Source of the DNA: an uncultured Candidatus Saccharibacteria bacterium
Lineage (GTDB): Bacteria > Patescibacteriota > Minisyncoccia > Phycocordibacterales > UBA9973
Direction: 5' to 3'
NCBI GenBank assembly: GCA_964456475.1
Contig: CAYVZI010000003.1
Span: forward strand, 14,092 to 78,091
DNA: 64,000 nucleotides
Part shown: one piece after another, positions 25,644-34,926 of the stretch
Numbering within the stretch: position 1 is the first letter of the stretch
Layout of the letters: every line of letters begins with the position of its first letter
Made by a program: the position numbers and the translations under genes
The notes under the pieces: model-generated
The model's input: the letters and a program-made list of their open reading frames with translations, nothing else
Databases searched by the model: none
What the model was told of the DNA's origin: nothing

Positions 25644-26414
25644 ATGAATACTTTTTTTGATCAAAATAATGCTACACGTATGGGCAAGATTCTCATGGTT
25701 CTCGCAATCCTTGCGACATTGTTTGTGTGTGTAAAATTTGTAAGTGCCGTCAAAAACATGAATCGTGCTACTGATATTGCCAAGGCGACAACAATCGATG
25801 TTTCCGGTGAAGGAAAATCTTTTGCAATTCCTGATATTGCAAACGTAAGCTTTACGGTAGAACAAAAAGAAGCAACAGTGCATGAAGCACAGGAAATTGT
25901 TACCAAAAAATCAAATGATGCAATCGCATTTTTGAAATCTTCTGGAATCGCTGAAAAAGATATTCAAACTACTAATTACAGTGCAAATCCACAGTACGAT
26001 TATTCGTATTCAGGTGGAAGGTCACCAAAGCTGACTGGATATATCGTTTCAAATACTGTAACGGTAAAAATTCGTGACACTGCAACCGTAGGGAAGATTA
26101 TTGACGGTCTTGGTGCAAAAGGAGTAACCGGTCTCACTGGTCCAAATTTTACGGTTGATAACCCAAATGCCTTGAGTGCAGAGGCTCGAGCAAAAGCAAT
26201 TGCAGATGCAAAGGCAAAAGCAGAAGTCCTAGCGAAGGATCTTGGCGTCCGCTTGGTTCGCATTGTCCGTTTTTCAGAGAGTAACGGAGGAAATTATCCA
26301 CAACCAATGTACGCAAAAGATATGATGGTGGGTGGTGCAGGTGCTACTCCAGAGTTTGCAGTAGGGGAGAATAAGTTTACTTCGAATGTAACAATTACCT
26401 ACGAGATACGATAG
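25644..26414 (+). CDS. SIMPL-domain (DUF541) protein
   Basis: IDVSGEGKSFAIPDIANVSFTVE opening and a two-lobed domain pattern. Confidence 0.6.
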   Translation: MNTFFDQNNATRMGKILMVLAILATLFVCVKFVSAVKNMNRATDIAKATTIDVSGEGKSFAIPDIANVSFTVEQKEATVHEAQEIVTKKSNDAIAFLKSSGIAEKDIQTTNYSANPQYDYSYSGGRSPKLTGYIVSNTVTVKIRDTATVGKIIDGLGAKGVTGLTGPNFTVDNPNALSAEARAKAIADAKAKAEVLAKDLGVRLVRIVRFSESNGGNYPQPMYAKDMMVGGAGATPEFAVGENKFTSNVTITYEIR

Positions 26415-26426
26415 TAAACGCAAGCT

Positions 26427-26455
26427 CTAAAAATTAAATTCTAAACTCTAAAAAA
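26427..26455 (+). repeat. Heptanucleotide tandem repeat (NNCTAAA) x4
   Basis: CTCTAAA-AATTAAA-TTCTAAA-CTCTAAA. Confidence 0.6.
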
Positions 26456-26572
26456 GGTGCGTTGGCGAAAGCCGGCGCACCTTTTGACTTTTATATAGGT
26501 TTGGGGTATTATCTGTGTATCAGAAAGGCCCCCGCGGGCTTTTTAATTTAGCCATTAAACGAAGATTCTAAA

Positions 26573-26755
26573 ATGAGTATTATTTCATATATCAAAGAAA
26601 CACGCGAAGAACTAAAGCATGTAAACTGGCCGAGCCGCAAACAGGCAATAGCTTATTCTGTGGCAGTGATTATTCTTTCTGTCCTTGTTGCATACTTGCT
26701 TGGTGCGTTTGATGCATTGTTTCAGTACGGACTCAGTAAGCTATTGGGCTTTTAA
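26573..26755 (+). CDS. secE: Preprotein translocase subunit SecE
   Basis: 60 aa, single C-terminal TM segment, directly upstream of nusG. Confidence 0.85.
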   Translation: MSIISYIKETREELKHVNWPSRKQAIAYSVAVIILSVLVAYLLGAFDALFQYGLSKLLGF

Positions 26756-26783
26756 TTTTATTAGCAATTAATTTTTTAGACCC

Positions 26784-27332
26784 ATGGCAAAACAAGAAAT
26801 ACAAGGAGACCGAAGTTGGTATGCGATCCACACCTATGCTGGATATGAAAACGCAGTGCTTCGAAACCTCAAACAGCGTATTGAATCACTCGGAATGCAA
26901 GACAAGATCTTCAACGTAGTTGTTCCAATGGAAAAGAAGATCAAAATCAAGGCAGGGAAGCGCGTTGAATCTGAAGAGCGCGTATATCCCGGTTATGTCC
27001 TTGTGGATATGATCGTGACTGATGACTCTTGGTACGTAGTCCGTAACACTCCTCGCGTAACTGGATTCGTTGGAGCAGGGGTAAACCCAGTTCCACTCAA
27101 CAAAGACGAGGTTGCTGCACTCTTCAAAACTATGGACAACACCGAAAGTGCAAAGCACACAATCGACCTCTCAATCGGAGATCTTGTGACTATCGCCGAT
27201 GGACCATTCAAAGAACTCGAAGGGAAGGTGTCAGATGTTGACCATGATCGAGGAAAGGTTCGCGTACTCGTCGCAATGTTCGGCCGCGAAACTCCAGTGG
27301 AACTCGACTTCCTTCAGGTGAAGAAGATGTAA
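26784..27332 (+). CDS. nusG: Transcription termination/antitermination factor NusG
   Basis: NGN domain (WYAIHTYAGYEN) and C-terminal KOW (GKVRVLVAMFGRETPVELDF). Confidence 0.9.
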   Translation: MAKQEIQGDRSWYAIHTYAGYENAVLRNLKQRIESLGMQDKIFNVVVPMEKKIKIKAGKRVESEERVYPGYVLVDMIVTDDSWYVVRNTPRVTGFVGAGVNPVPLNKDEVAALFKTMDNTESAKHTIDLSIGDLVTIADGPFKELEGKVSDVDHDRGKVRVLVAMFGRETPVELDFLQVKKM

Positions 27333-27340
27333 CGAGCCCA

Positions 27341-27481
27341 GGCTTTAGGCACTAGGCGTTAGGCTTTAGCCAAAATAGCCCAGTTGCTTTTACTATTTTT
27401 TCTGGTATAGTTTCGTTTGTTACGCTACAGCTTCAATTTTACCTAGTGCCTAGAGCCTAATAATCTAATTATCTAATTCAA
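27341..27481 (+). repeat. rplK leader with heptamer repeats TTAGGCA-CTAGGCG-TTAGGCT and an imperfect long-range inverted copy CCTAGTGCCTAGAGCC. It ends in the motif CTAGAGCCTAATAATCTAATTATCTAATTC directly before the ATG.
   Basis: Read directly. The same motif is found upstream of efp (59494-59536). Confidence 0.6.
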
Positions 27482-27907
27482 ATGGCAAAGAAAATAACCA
27501 AAAAAGTAAAAGTACAAATTGCCGGCGGACGCGCAACGCCAGCACCACCACTTGGACCTGCACTCGGTCAGGCTGGTGTAAACATCAGTGACTTCGTTCA
27601 GAAGTTCAATGCAGCAACCGCAAACATGATGGGTGATACAGTAGGATGTGTTATTACCGTCTACGAAGACCGCAGTTACGATTTTGTTGTCAAAACTCCA
27701 CCAGTAGCCGGTCTCCTTTTTAAGGCAGCAGGCATCACCAAGGGTTCTGGTAAACCGAATGTCTCAAAAGCGGGAAGTATCACTACTGCTCAGCTTCGAG
27801 AAATCGCCGAAAAGAAACTTCCAGACCTCAACGCAAAAGACGTTGAAGGCGCGATGAAAATCGTAGCCGGAAGTGCTCGTCAGGCAGGAATCGAAATCAA
27901 AGGTTAA
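27482..27907 (+). CDS. rplK: 50S ribosomal protein L11
   Basis: [35 protein letters not shown]... Confidence 0.95.
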   Translation: MAKKITKKVKVQIAGGRATPAPPLGPALGQAGVNISDFVQKFNAATANMMGDTVGCVITVYEDRSYDFVVKTPPVAGLLFKAAGITKGSGKPNVSKAGSITTAQLREIAEKKLPDLNAKDVEGAMKIVAGSARQAGIEIKG

Positions 27908-27942
27908 AACAAAAAACTTCCGGAATGCCGGAAGTTTTTTGT
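27906..27942 (+). terminator. Rho-independent terminator after rplK. A second terminator follows at 27972-28008.
   Basis: AAAAAACTTCCGG-AAT-GCCGGAAGTTTTTT. Confidence 0.8.
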
Positions 27943-28191
27943 TTACCCGATTAACACAGTTGATTTAGGGTTAAAACAAAAAAAACGCTTCGGCGGTTTT
28001 TTTGTTTGTTCTGCCAATGAGGTTGATTTGGGGGCGAATAGAAATTTCAATTTCTAAATCCTAATTTTTAATGTCTAAACATACAAAAGTGCGCGTCCTT
28101 AACCCAGTAGGTGATTCTGCTGAATCAGGCGCGCACTTTTGTATTTTACTTAGGATATGTATCGTGGTATATTTAAAAAAATCTTTTCGTT

Positions 28192-28539
28192 ATGAAAAAT
28201 GGCGTATTGGTAACTATCACTGTAAATTCAGACAATCATCAAGTCGTGAATGAATGGCTCCGTAAGCATGTTGACGACAGTAGTCTGCTTGGCTGGTGTA
28301 GCAACATTAGAAAGTTTGTAAAAGGAGACACTCTGTGTGTTTTATATCATTCGACAAAGGTAGGGATCGCAAATGCTTGTCCGACTTTGTATGGATTATA
28401 TAAGGATATTAAAAATTCTTCTTCGAATGTCAAAGTAGAGGCAATAACCGAAAGTAATTATATTACTCTCGATGGAGAGGAACCTGTTCCGATCGAAAAG
28501 ATGAAGATGATTATGCGGAATGTAACACTCTTTGCTTAA
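28192..28539 (+). CDS. Hypothetical protein in the position where rplA normally follows rplK
   Basis: ORF only. No L1 signature. Confidence 0.35.
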   Translation: MKNGVLVTITVNSDNHQVVNEWLRKHVDDSSLLGWCSNIRKFVKGDTLCVLYHSTKVGIANACPTLYGLYKDIKNSSSNVKVEAITESNYITLDGEEPVPIEKMKMIMRNVTLFA

Positions 28540-28559
28540 TTTGTTTTTTATATTACATA

Positions 28560-28590
28560 AAAGCGCCCTACGGGCGCTTTTCTTTTTTAA
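28560..28590. terminator. Bidirectional terminator
   Basis: AAAAGCGCCC-TAC-GGGCGCTTTTCTTTTTT. Confidence 0.75.
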
Positions 28591-29123
28591 AAATTATTTT
28601 TCCACATCATGGATTCTTTTGGTAACGCTTCTTGTCCGGAATATTTTGCGTTTGCTTTTTTACTGTAGAGATTTTCCACTTCTCCATCCACGATGTAATA
28701 AATGAGCTGACCTACTGGCATACCGGCATAAATGCGAACGGGGATAGTACAAGAGAGTTCGAGTGTCCAGAATCCACAGAAGCCGACGTCGCCCTTGCCG
28801 GCTGTAGCGTGAATGTCGATGCCGAGACGGCCCGTAGAAGACTTTCCCTCGAGGAATGGTACATGTTTGTGTGTCTCGGTATATTCGAGTGTTGAACCCA
28901 AATAGAGCTGTCCTGGCTGGAGTACGTAGCCTTCTTCTGGAATTTCAAAGTGACGGATCTGGTTGTGCTTCTTGGCGTCGATCATTCCGTCCACGTACTG
29001 GGCGAGGTGCTTAGAAATATGGACGTCGTACGAATTTCCACCCATATTTTTTGGGTCAAAAGGAGTAATGACGATTTCGCCTTTTTCGATGCATTCGAGG
29101 ATTTTTTTATCAGATAAGATCAT
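28587..29123 (-). CDS. dcd: dCTP deaminase
   Basis: MILSDKKILECIEKGEIVITPFDPKNMGGNSYDVHI... Dcd/dUTPase-fold signature. Confidence 0.85.
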   Translation of the reverse strand: MILSDKKILECIEKGEIVITPFDPKNMGGNSYDVHISKHLAQYVDGMIDAKKHNQIRHFEIPEEGYVLQPGQLYLGSTLEYTETHKHVPFLEGKSSTGRLGIDIHATAGKGDVGFCGFWTLELSCTIPVRIYAGMPVGQLIYYIVDGEVENLYSKKANAKYSGQEALPKESMMWKNNF

Positions 29124-29144
29124 ATGTGCTGAAAGTTTCGCATA

Positions 29145-29558
29145 TTACAATAAATTGTCAATCGCTTGTTGTGACATTTTGGCGATGGGGGAAGGGAGAG
29201 TATCAAAAGTAAACCAGCCGATTTCTGAACATTTTTCCGATTCTTGAATCGATGGCGTTCCTGAGATTATTTTGGTTTGAAAAATATTCGTGAGCCAGTG
29301 CTGATTTTCTTCGGAAACGATATAGTCGTATGAGGGGAGCTGTTTTGTAATTTCCACAACAACGCTGAGTTCTTCTTGTAATTCCCTTACTACAGTTTCT
29401 TTCATTGTTTCTCCAAAATTAACTTTACCACCGGGAAGTGCCCATGCACCCGGCTCGGTTCCGACATTTTGTCCACGCTTCATCAATAAAAATTCGCCGG
29501 CATCATTTATGATGAATGCGCCAACGCCGACGCCGATGTAATCAATGCCAGGTTTCAT
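29145..29558 (-). CDS. NUDIX hydrolase
   Basis: Nudix box GGKVNFGETMKETVVRELQEELSV. Start placed at MKPGIDYIGVG, giving a 4-nt overlap with folA. Confidence 0.75.
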   Translation of the reverse strand: MKPGIDYIGVGVGAFIINDAGEFLLMKRGQNVGTEPGAWALPGGKVNFGETMKETVVRELQEELSVVVEITKQLPSYDYIVSEENQHWLTNIFQTKIISGTPSIQESEKCSEIGWFTFDTLPSPIAKMSQQAIDNLL

Positions 29559-30067
29559 TTTGTGTATGTAATAAAAGTATACGAGAATGGATTTTTTTCG
29601 TCCGCAACATGTGGTTCTTCGGAGATTATGTTCCATTCGTTTCCAATCTCCGGAAAGAATGTATCAGCTTCAGGTGAATCATCTACACGTGTTATGTAGA
29701 GCTTGTTCGTTCGAGGAATACTTTCTTTGTAGAGTTCGCCGCCACCAATAATGAAAACTTCGGTCTCATCTTGTTTCTCTTCAAAATGTTTTCCTTGTTC
29801 GAGTGCTGCAAAACGGAGGGCTTCATCAAGCGAGTGAACAATAGTGATACCTGGCTGGTAATAGTTGAGGTCTCGAGTGACTACAATATTTTCTCGGTCG
29901 GGGAGAGGGCGACCGATTGATTCAAATGTCTTACGTCCCATGATGACGGTGTGTCCACGAGTAGTATCGCGAAAATGCTTCATGTCGGCAGGCAAACTCC
30001 AAAGGAGTTTGCCTGCCTTGCCGAGCTCGTTCTTTTTTCCAATTGCTGCGATGAGAGAGATTATCAT
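29555..30067 (-). CDS. folA: Dihydrofolate reductase
   Basis: MIISLIAAIGKKNELG...LPW...MGRKTFESIG. Confidence 0.9.
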   Translation of the reverse strand: MIISLIAAIGKKNELGKAGKLLWSLPADMKHFRDTTRGHTVIMGRKTFESIGRPLPDRENIVVTRDLNYYQPGITIVHSLDEALRFAALEQGKHFEEKQDETEVFIIGGGELYKESIPRTNKLYITRVDDSPEADTFFPEIGNEWNIISEEPHVADEKNPFSYTFITYTK

Positions 30068-30072
30068 ATGTC

Positions 30073-31014
30073 TTATACAGCAATCGGAGCTTTGATTGCA
30101 GGATGCGGATCGTATCCAATAAGCTCGAAGTCATCAATAGTAAAATCTTCAAGTTTCATTTTTTCTGGATTTATTTTGAGTGTTGGCATCGGACGAATAT
30201 CTCCACGGCGAGCGAGTTGTTCTTTGGCTTGTTCAATATGATTGAGATACAAATGTGTGTCACCGCCAGTCCAAACGAATTCGCCAAGCTCAAGACCTGT
30301 CATTTGGGCAACAATCATAGTGAGTACTGCATACGATGCAATGTTGAAGGGGACACCAAGAAACGTATCGCAACTGCGTTGGTAGAGTTGGCAAGAAAGT
30401 TTGCCGTCTGCTACGTAGAATTGAAACAAACAATGACATGGTGGAAGTCCTGCAACTGCCATCTCGTCGAGTTGTCCAACATTCCAGGCTGATACTATAA
30501 GACGACGATCATCCGGTCGAGTTTTGATGCGTTCAATAATTTGTGAGAGTTGGTCAATGTGTTGCCCGTTTGGTGTTGGCCATGCACGCCATTGGTACCC
30601 ATAGATTGGTCCAAGATTTCCATGTTCTTTTGCGAAGGCATCGTCCGTTTTTATTTTTTCGACATATTCTGTGAGACCATTTTTCCACTCCTCGCTGTCA
30701 CTTGCTGGAACTGGTAAGCCGAGCTTTTTTAAATATGCCTTGTATGGCCATTCATCCCAAATATGCACATTATTCTGTGCGAGATATTGCAAATTGGTAT
30801 CACCGCGCATAAACCAAAGTAGCTCATGGATGATGGACTTGATTCCGACTTTCTTTGTAGTAATAAGTGGGAATCCATCGGCAAGATTAAAACGCATTTG
30901 ATACCCCAGAACACTTTTTGTGCCCGTTCCTGTACGGTCTGTTTTTGTTGCCCCGTTGATAAGAAGATGATCGAGAAGATCGAGATACGATTCGTCTACA
31001 TGTTTGCCTTTCAT
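30073..31014 (-). CDS. thyA: Thymidylate synthase (ThyA, folate-dependent)
   Basis: [11 protein letters not shown]...[21 protein letters not shown] active-site region. Confidence 0.92.
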   Translation of the reverse strand: MKGKHVDESYLDLLDHLLINGATKTDRTGTGTKSVLGYQMRFNLADGFPLITTKKVGIKSIIHELLWFMRGDTNLQYLAQNNVHIWDEWPYKAYLKKLGLPVPASDSEEWKNGLTEYVEKIKTDDAFAKEHGNLGPIYGYQWRAWPTPNGQHIDQLSQIIERIKTRPDDRRLIVSAWNVGQLDEMAVAGLPPCHCLFQFYVADGKLSCQLYQRSCDTFLGVPFNIASYAVLTMIVAQMTGLELGEFVWTGGDTHLYLNHIEQAKEQLARRGDIRPMPTLKINPEKMKLEDFTIDDFELIGYDPHPAIKAPIAV

Positions 31015-31162
31015 ATAAAGAAGTATAGAGGAGAGGGGAGGGTTTTGCTATATATTGACAATATATGCAAAATATGCTAGGGTGTGTTCGATAAAGGGCC
31101 CTCAAAAAACAAAAGCCCTTCTAGTAACTTAAAAATTTCAAAAACCAAAAAAACGATAGAAA

Positions 31163-31879
31163 ATGAAAAAGACAACCATTTTTCTGGCGATAGTGTTCGC
31201 CGTATGTACATTGTTTGCCGGAACCACGAGTGCACAGGCACACGGAAAGAAAAAGAAGAAAGCCGCACCCGTGGCCGACAGTTATGAAAGTGGTAATCCA
31301 CCACCAGGCGGTGATATGAACTATTACCAAAGCTGGGTTGCTTGCACGAATTTATTAGTTTTTCGCGAGCAAACTATTTCCAACCTGCGTGCTGATTCTC
31401 AAAACAAGCAAGCAAATGTTTTGAGCCTGACTATTCAACTGAGCAACGCAGCGGATTCGATAGCGAGCCTCAATGAGCAAAACAAAAAGCTCAAAGAACA
31501 GGTTGCTGGATTGGCAAAACAAACACAAATCCAACCCGGCTTCGTTGCCACAACTCCGGAAATTTCGGAATTAGTTTTGGATTCGGCGGCTATCGCACTG
31601 GTCAAGAATATGGAGCTCGGACTTAAATTTTATCAGATGAGCCCCGAAGAACTGGCCTCAAGATACTCAGGACTTTCGCTTAATTGGCAAAGATCGCCAG
31701 GTGAAAGATATCTTTTTTCTGGAAAATCGATAAAAGATATCAGCACTGCTGCTCTGCAGAGTGAGATGAAAAAATGGATGATGTATTTGTACGACAAGAG
31801 TACTGGTAGTGACCGGTTGAGATATAGTAAACTATTCCTTAATATTACCGGCGACACGTACTTTCAGCGGAAGTACTAA
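31163..31879 (+). CDS. Secreted hypothetical protein (signal peptide, Lys-run, coiled-coil region)
   Basis: MKKTTIFLAIVFAVCTLFAGTTSAQA signal peptide. Confidence 0.5.
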   Translation: MKKTTIFLAIVFAVCTLFAGTTSAQAHGKKKKKAAPVADSYESGNPPPGGDMNYYQSWVACTNLLVFREQTISNLRADSQNKQANVLSLTIQLSNAADSIASLNEQNKKLKEQVAGLAKQTQIQPGFVATTPEISELVLDSAAIALVKNMELGLKFYQMSPEELASRYSGLSLNWQRSPGERYLFSGKSIKDISTAALQSEMKKWMMYLYDKSTGSDRLRYSKLFLNITGDTYFQRKY

Positions 31880-31897
31880 GATTTATTAAAAGAAGTG

Positions 31898-31934
31898 AGA
31901 ACCCTTAGCGAAAGCAAAAGGGTTCTTTTTTTGT
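31898..31934 (+). terminator. Rho-independent terminator
   Basis: GAGAACCCTT-AGCGAAAGCAA-AAGGGTTCTTTTTTT. Confidence 0.75.
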
Positions 31935-31984
31935 TGACAAAGGCGACCGGTTTCTTTATCTTACATACGAATAAATTTTTTTAT

Positions 31985-32380
31985 ATGGATACTATATTGA
32001 TACCAGAATTTCAGGGTTACTTTTCTCCGATTATAGAATTTGGCAAAACGCCATTTTGGATAGGGGAAACACTTCAACAATTGATAGATGAGATGCCACC
32101 TTTTACATCTTCAAAGGCGTTTGAAATCAACAAAAAGGTGTATGTAAAAGACCGGCCGTTAATCACTTTGCCGCAGCTTTTTGTGGGAATGCATCATCTG
32201 GTATGGCAACAATCAAAAGGCCAGGAGGGATTCCTTTGTCTCGATGGAATGACGACAATCGGTCCGATTCAAGACGGCGGAGGGAAAAGGCCCATTCAGT
32301 ATGTTCATCTGACTTACTTTAAGAATGATTTGCGTTGGAAATGCAGCCTACGAGATGTCTCAGGTATTATCAAAATTTAG
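31985..32380 (+). CDS. Hypothetical protein
   Basis: ORF only. Confidence 0.3.
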   Translation: MDTILIPEFQGYFSPIIEFGKTPFWIGETLQQLIDEMPPFTSSKAFEINKKVYVKDRPLITLPQLFVGMHHLVWQQSKGQEGFLCLDGMTTIGPIQDGGGKRPIQYVHLTYFKNDLRWKCSLRDVSGIIKI

Positions 32381-32567
32381 TTTGTATTAAATCGCCCCCT
32401 AAAGGCGATTTTTGTATGGCATTGACAGAATATTAAAGAAATGCTATTCTGTTTATATCATTCTCACTAAGGACCAAACGAGGTTCTGTTTACTAATAAA
32501 GAGAGTGCGCTTGTGGAATCTTGCCTAAACACGTTGTTGTATGGCCAGTCCATGACAACAATTATTT

Positions 32568-34028
32568 ATGCCCACAGGTCATTCTGCGCGGCCGTCATCT
32601 GGCGGTAAGCGCTCATTTTCATCATCACCGGTTACACGATCGGGTTCAGGTTTCCGTTATTCAGGACCAAGTCACTCGATTCAGCAGAATCGCCCTGGGG
32701 ACAAGCTACGTCCGGCAGGTGCTAGTTCGTCTGCTCGCCCAGCGTTTAAATCTGCTGGATCAGCACCACGCACTGGTGGTTTTAAAGGCCCAGCTCGTAC
32801 CGGAGGCTTCAAAGGTTCTTCATCTCGATCAGGAGTTCGCAGTCCTGGAGGATTTGGCGCAGGTCGCCGATCTTCTAGCTTTGCTCGTAAGAGTGCAGCT
32901 CCAATGGGAGGCAGTCGCTTTGCTCAACGCATAGACTTTTCAAAGTTTGTGAAGAAGGCAGAGCCGAAAGTAGAACAAGTGAAGTATGTTGCGAAGCACA
33001 CATTTGCAGATTTTCCATTCAACGAACAGTTGCAGAAAAATATTGCAAAGAAAGGTTTCGTACATCCAACTCCGATTCAAGATCAATCAATCATGACAGT
33101 GCTCGAAGGACGCGACTTCTTTGGTCTCGCAAACACGGGAACAGGGAAGACTGGCGCGTTCATCCTTCCGCTCATCGACCGTGTATCTCGCGACAAGAAA
33201 CAGCAAGTGCTCATCATGGCACCGACTCGCGAACTCGCTCAGCAGATCGAAATGGAATTCCGCACGCTCTCCCTTTGGATGAGTCAGTATTCCGCTTCTG
33301 TTGTTGGTGGAATGCCGATCAATCGCCAAATCTCTGAAATCAAGCGCGGAGTGAACTTTGTCATTGGAACACCAGGACGCATCACGGATCTCGTAAAGCA
33401 AAAAGTACTCGACCTATCTAAATATAGTACTGTGGTGCTCGACGAGGCAGACCGAATGCTCGACATGGGATTTCGTGACGATATGACATTCATCCTTGGA
33501 AAGTGTTCTCCAGACCGACAGACATTGTTCTTCTCGGCGACGCTTTCTCCGGAAATCAAAAAGATGACAGAAATGTATCTCAAAAATCCACAATTCGTTT
33601 CAGTGGTCACAGGCAATACTTCAAAAAATATTGAACAAGATGTGGTGCGCGTGAAGAAAGAAGAAAAACTCGACCGTTTACACGATATTCTTATAAAAGA
33701 CGGTTCTGACAAAGTCCTCATTTTCCGCGAAACAAAACGTAGTGTCGACACACTCGAAACTGAGCTTAAGGCTCGTGGTTTCAAAGTAGCCGGCATTCAT
33801 GGAGACAAACGCAATCGTGAACGAATGCGCACGCTCGACGCTTTTAAGATGAACCAAATAAACATTCTCATCGCAACTGACGTCGCGGCTCGCGGACTCG
33901 ATATTCCGAATGTTACTCACGTGATCAACTACGATATTCCAAACGACTACGAAACCTATGTGCACCGCATCGGCCGAACTGGCCGAGCAGATAAAACAGG
34001 AACGGCTCTAACTTTTATCCCCGCATAG
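32568..34028 (+). CDS. DEAD-box ATP-dependent RNA helicase with an N-terminal Arg/Gly/Ser-rich low-complexity extension of about 130 aa
   Basis: Q motif, motif I ANTGTGKTGAF, DEAD (VLDEADRMLDMGF), SAT, and HRIGRTGRA. The N-terminus has repeated RTGGFKG units. Confidence 0.85.
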   Translation: MPTGHSARPSSGGKRSFSSSPVTRSGSGFRYSGPSHSIQQNRPGDKLRPAGASSSARPAFKSAGSAPRTGGFKGPARTGGFKGSSSRSGVRSPGGFGAGRRSSSFARKSAAPMGGSRFAQRIDFSKFVKKAEPKVEQVKYVAKHTFADFPFNEQLQKNIAKKGFVHPTPIQDQSIMTVLEGRDFFGLANTGTGKTGAFILPLIDRVSRDKKQQVLIMAPTRELAQQIEMEFRTLSLWMSQYSASVVGGMPINRQISEIKRGVNFVIGTPGRITDLVKQKVLDLSKYSTVVLDEADRMLDMGFRDDMTFILGKCSPDRQTLFFSATLSPEIKKMTEMYLKNPQFVSVVTGNTSKNIEQDVVRVKKEEKLDRLHDILIKDGSDKVLIFRETKRSVDTLETELKARGFKVAGIHGDKRNRERMRTLDAFKMNQINILIATDVAARGLDIPNVTHVINYDIPNDYETYVHRIGRTGRADKTGTALTFIPA

Positions 34029-34072
34029 AAATTTCATATACAGCGCATCTCATTGTTGCTGTACTCAATTTT

Positions 34073-34140
34073 TTCCCGCAATGTACGTCCAGTACATTTT
34101 GGTCACAAATTTCGTTTGCGCCTCGAGCTGCATCTGTCTC
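34073..34140 (+). repeat. Copy B of the 68-nt intergenic element, with the palindrome TGTACGTCCAGTACA at 34082-34096
   Basis: See copy A at 16533-16601. Confidence 0.7.
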
Positions 34141-34274
34141 TGAAAATTTCTTAAATTAGTGAAATGACGTAAATACCCCTGAGACCTTTACAGGTCTCGG
34201 GGGTATTGCATTATATATAATTGAGGTGTAGTATTTATTTAAATTTTTTTGTAAACAAAACTAAATCACACAGG

Positions 34275-34838
34275 ATGAAAAGACTGGTTATCGTTCAGCT
34301 CGCGCTCCTTCAGGGAGGCAACACACAAAGAAATACTGAATTGCTGGAACAAATGGCAGCCTTGGCCAAAAGCCTCAAGCGGTATGCCGAAGACTTTTTT
34401 GCGTTAGAAAACAGAAAAGACACTTCTGTAAAAAAAGTGGACGCTTCGTTTCAGGAGGTGCTCATGCTTTGTTCTGAGTCTCCCAAGGCTCAGCCGACAG
34501 TTGAAATCTTTCAAAAGACCTTCGGGGTCTTGCCGGGGCTACATCAGGAGCTTTGCTCAACTGACGGCCATAAGGTGAGTCTAAAAAATCTGAATGATTT
34601 AGTGGACGCTCAAAGGAGCTCCATCGTTGTTCTGATAACAGATGAATATTACCGGAAGACATACCCTGCATATTTTTCTTTAATGCATAAATATCGCAAG
34701 CCATTCGGAGAGATTGATTTGGCTGTAGGCCAGGCTTTTGTGATAAACAACGACAAAACCTCGCCATCTTACGGGTCTTCAGAAATTGTTAACGGAGTTG
34801 TCATAACAACTCAGGTGCCGCAGGCCGTAGAGGCTTAA
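34275..34838 (+). CDS. Hypothetical protein, compositionally GC-richer than its neighbours
   Basis: ORF only. Start placed at MKRLVIVQ. Confidence 0.4.
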   Translation: MKRLVIVQLALLQGGNTQRNTELLEQMAALAKSLKRYAEDFFALENRKDTSVKKVDASFQEVLMLCSESPKAQPTVEIFQKTFGVLPGLHQELCSTDGHKVSLKNLNDLVDAQRSSIVVLITDEYYRKTYPAYFSLMHKYRKPFGEIDLAVGQAFVINNDKTSPSYGSSEIVNGVVITTQVPQAVEA

Positions 34839-34870
34839 AACTTACAAACAGCCCAATCAAAATATTGTTT

Positions 34871-34900
34871 AAAAGCCGCTCATCTAGCGGCTTTTTTTAT
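34871..34900 (+). terminator. Rho-independent terminator
   Basis: AAAAGCCGCT-CATCT-AGCGGCTTTTTTT. Confidence 0.8.
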
Positions 34901-34926
34901 TGCCCCGCCAGTGCTAGAATCAGCGC

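Noticed and set aside
32521-32934. 137-aa ORF overlapping the DEAD-box helicase N-terminus in another frame
   Set aside because: An alternative frame through the GC-rich repeat region. The in-frame product (His/Leu/Val-rich) has no features, whereas the annotated frame continues into a complete helicase.
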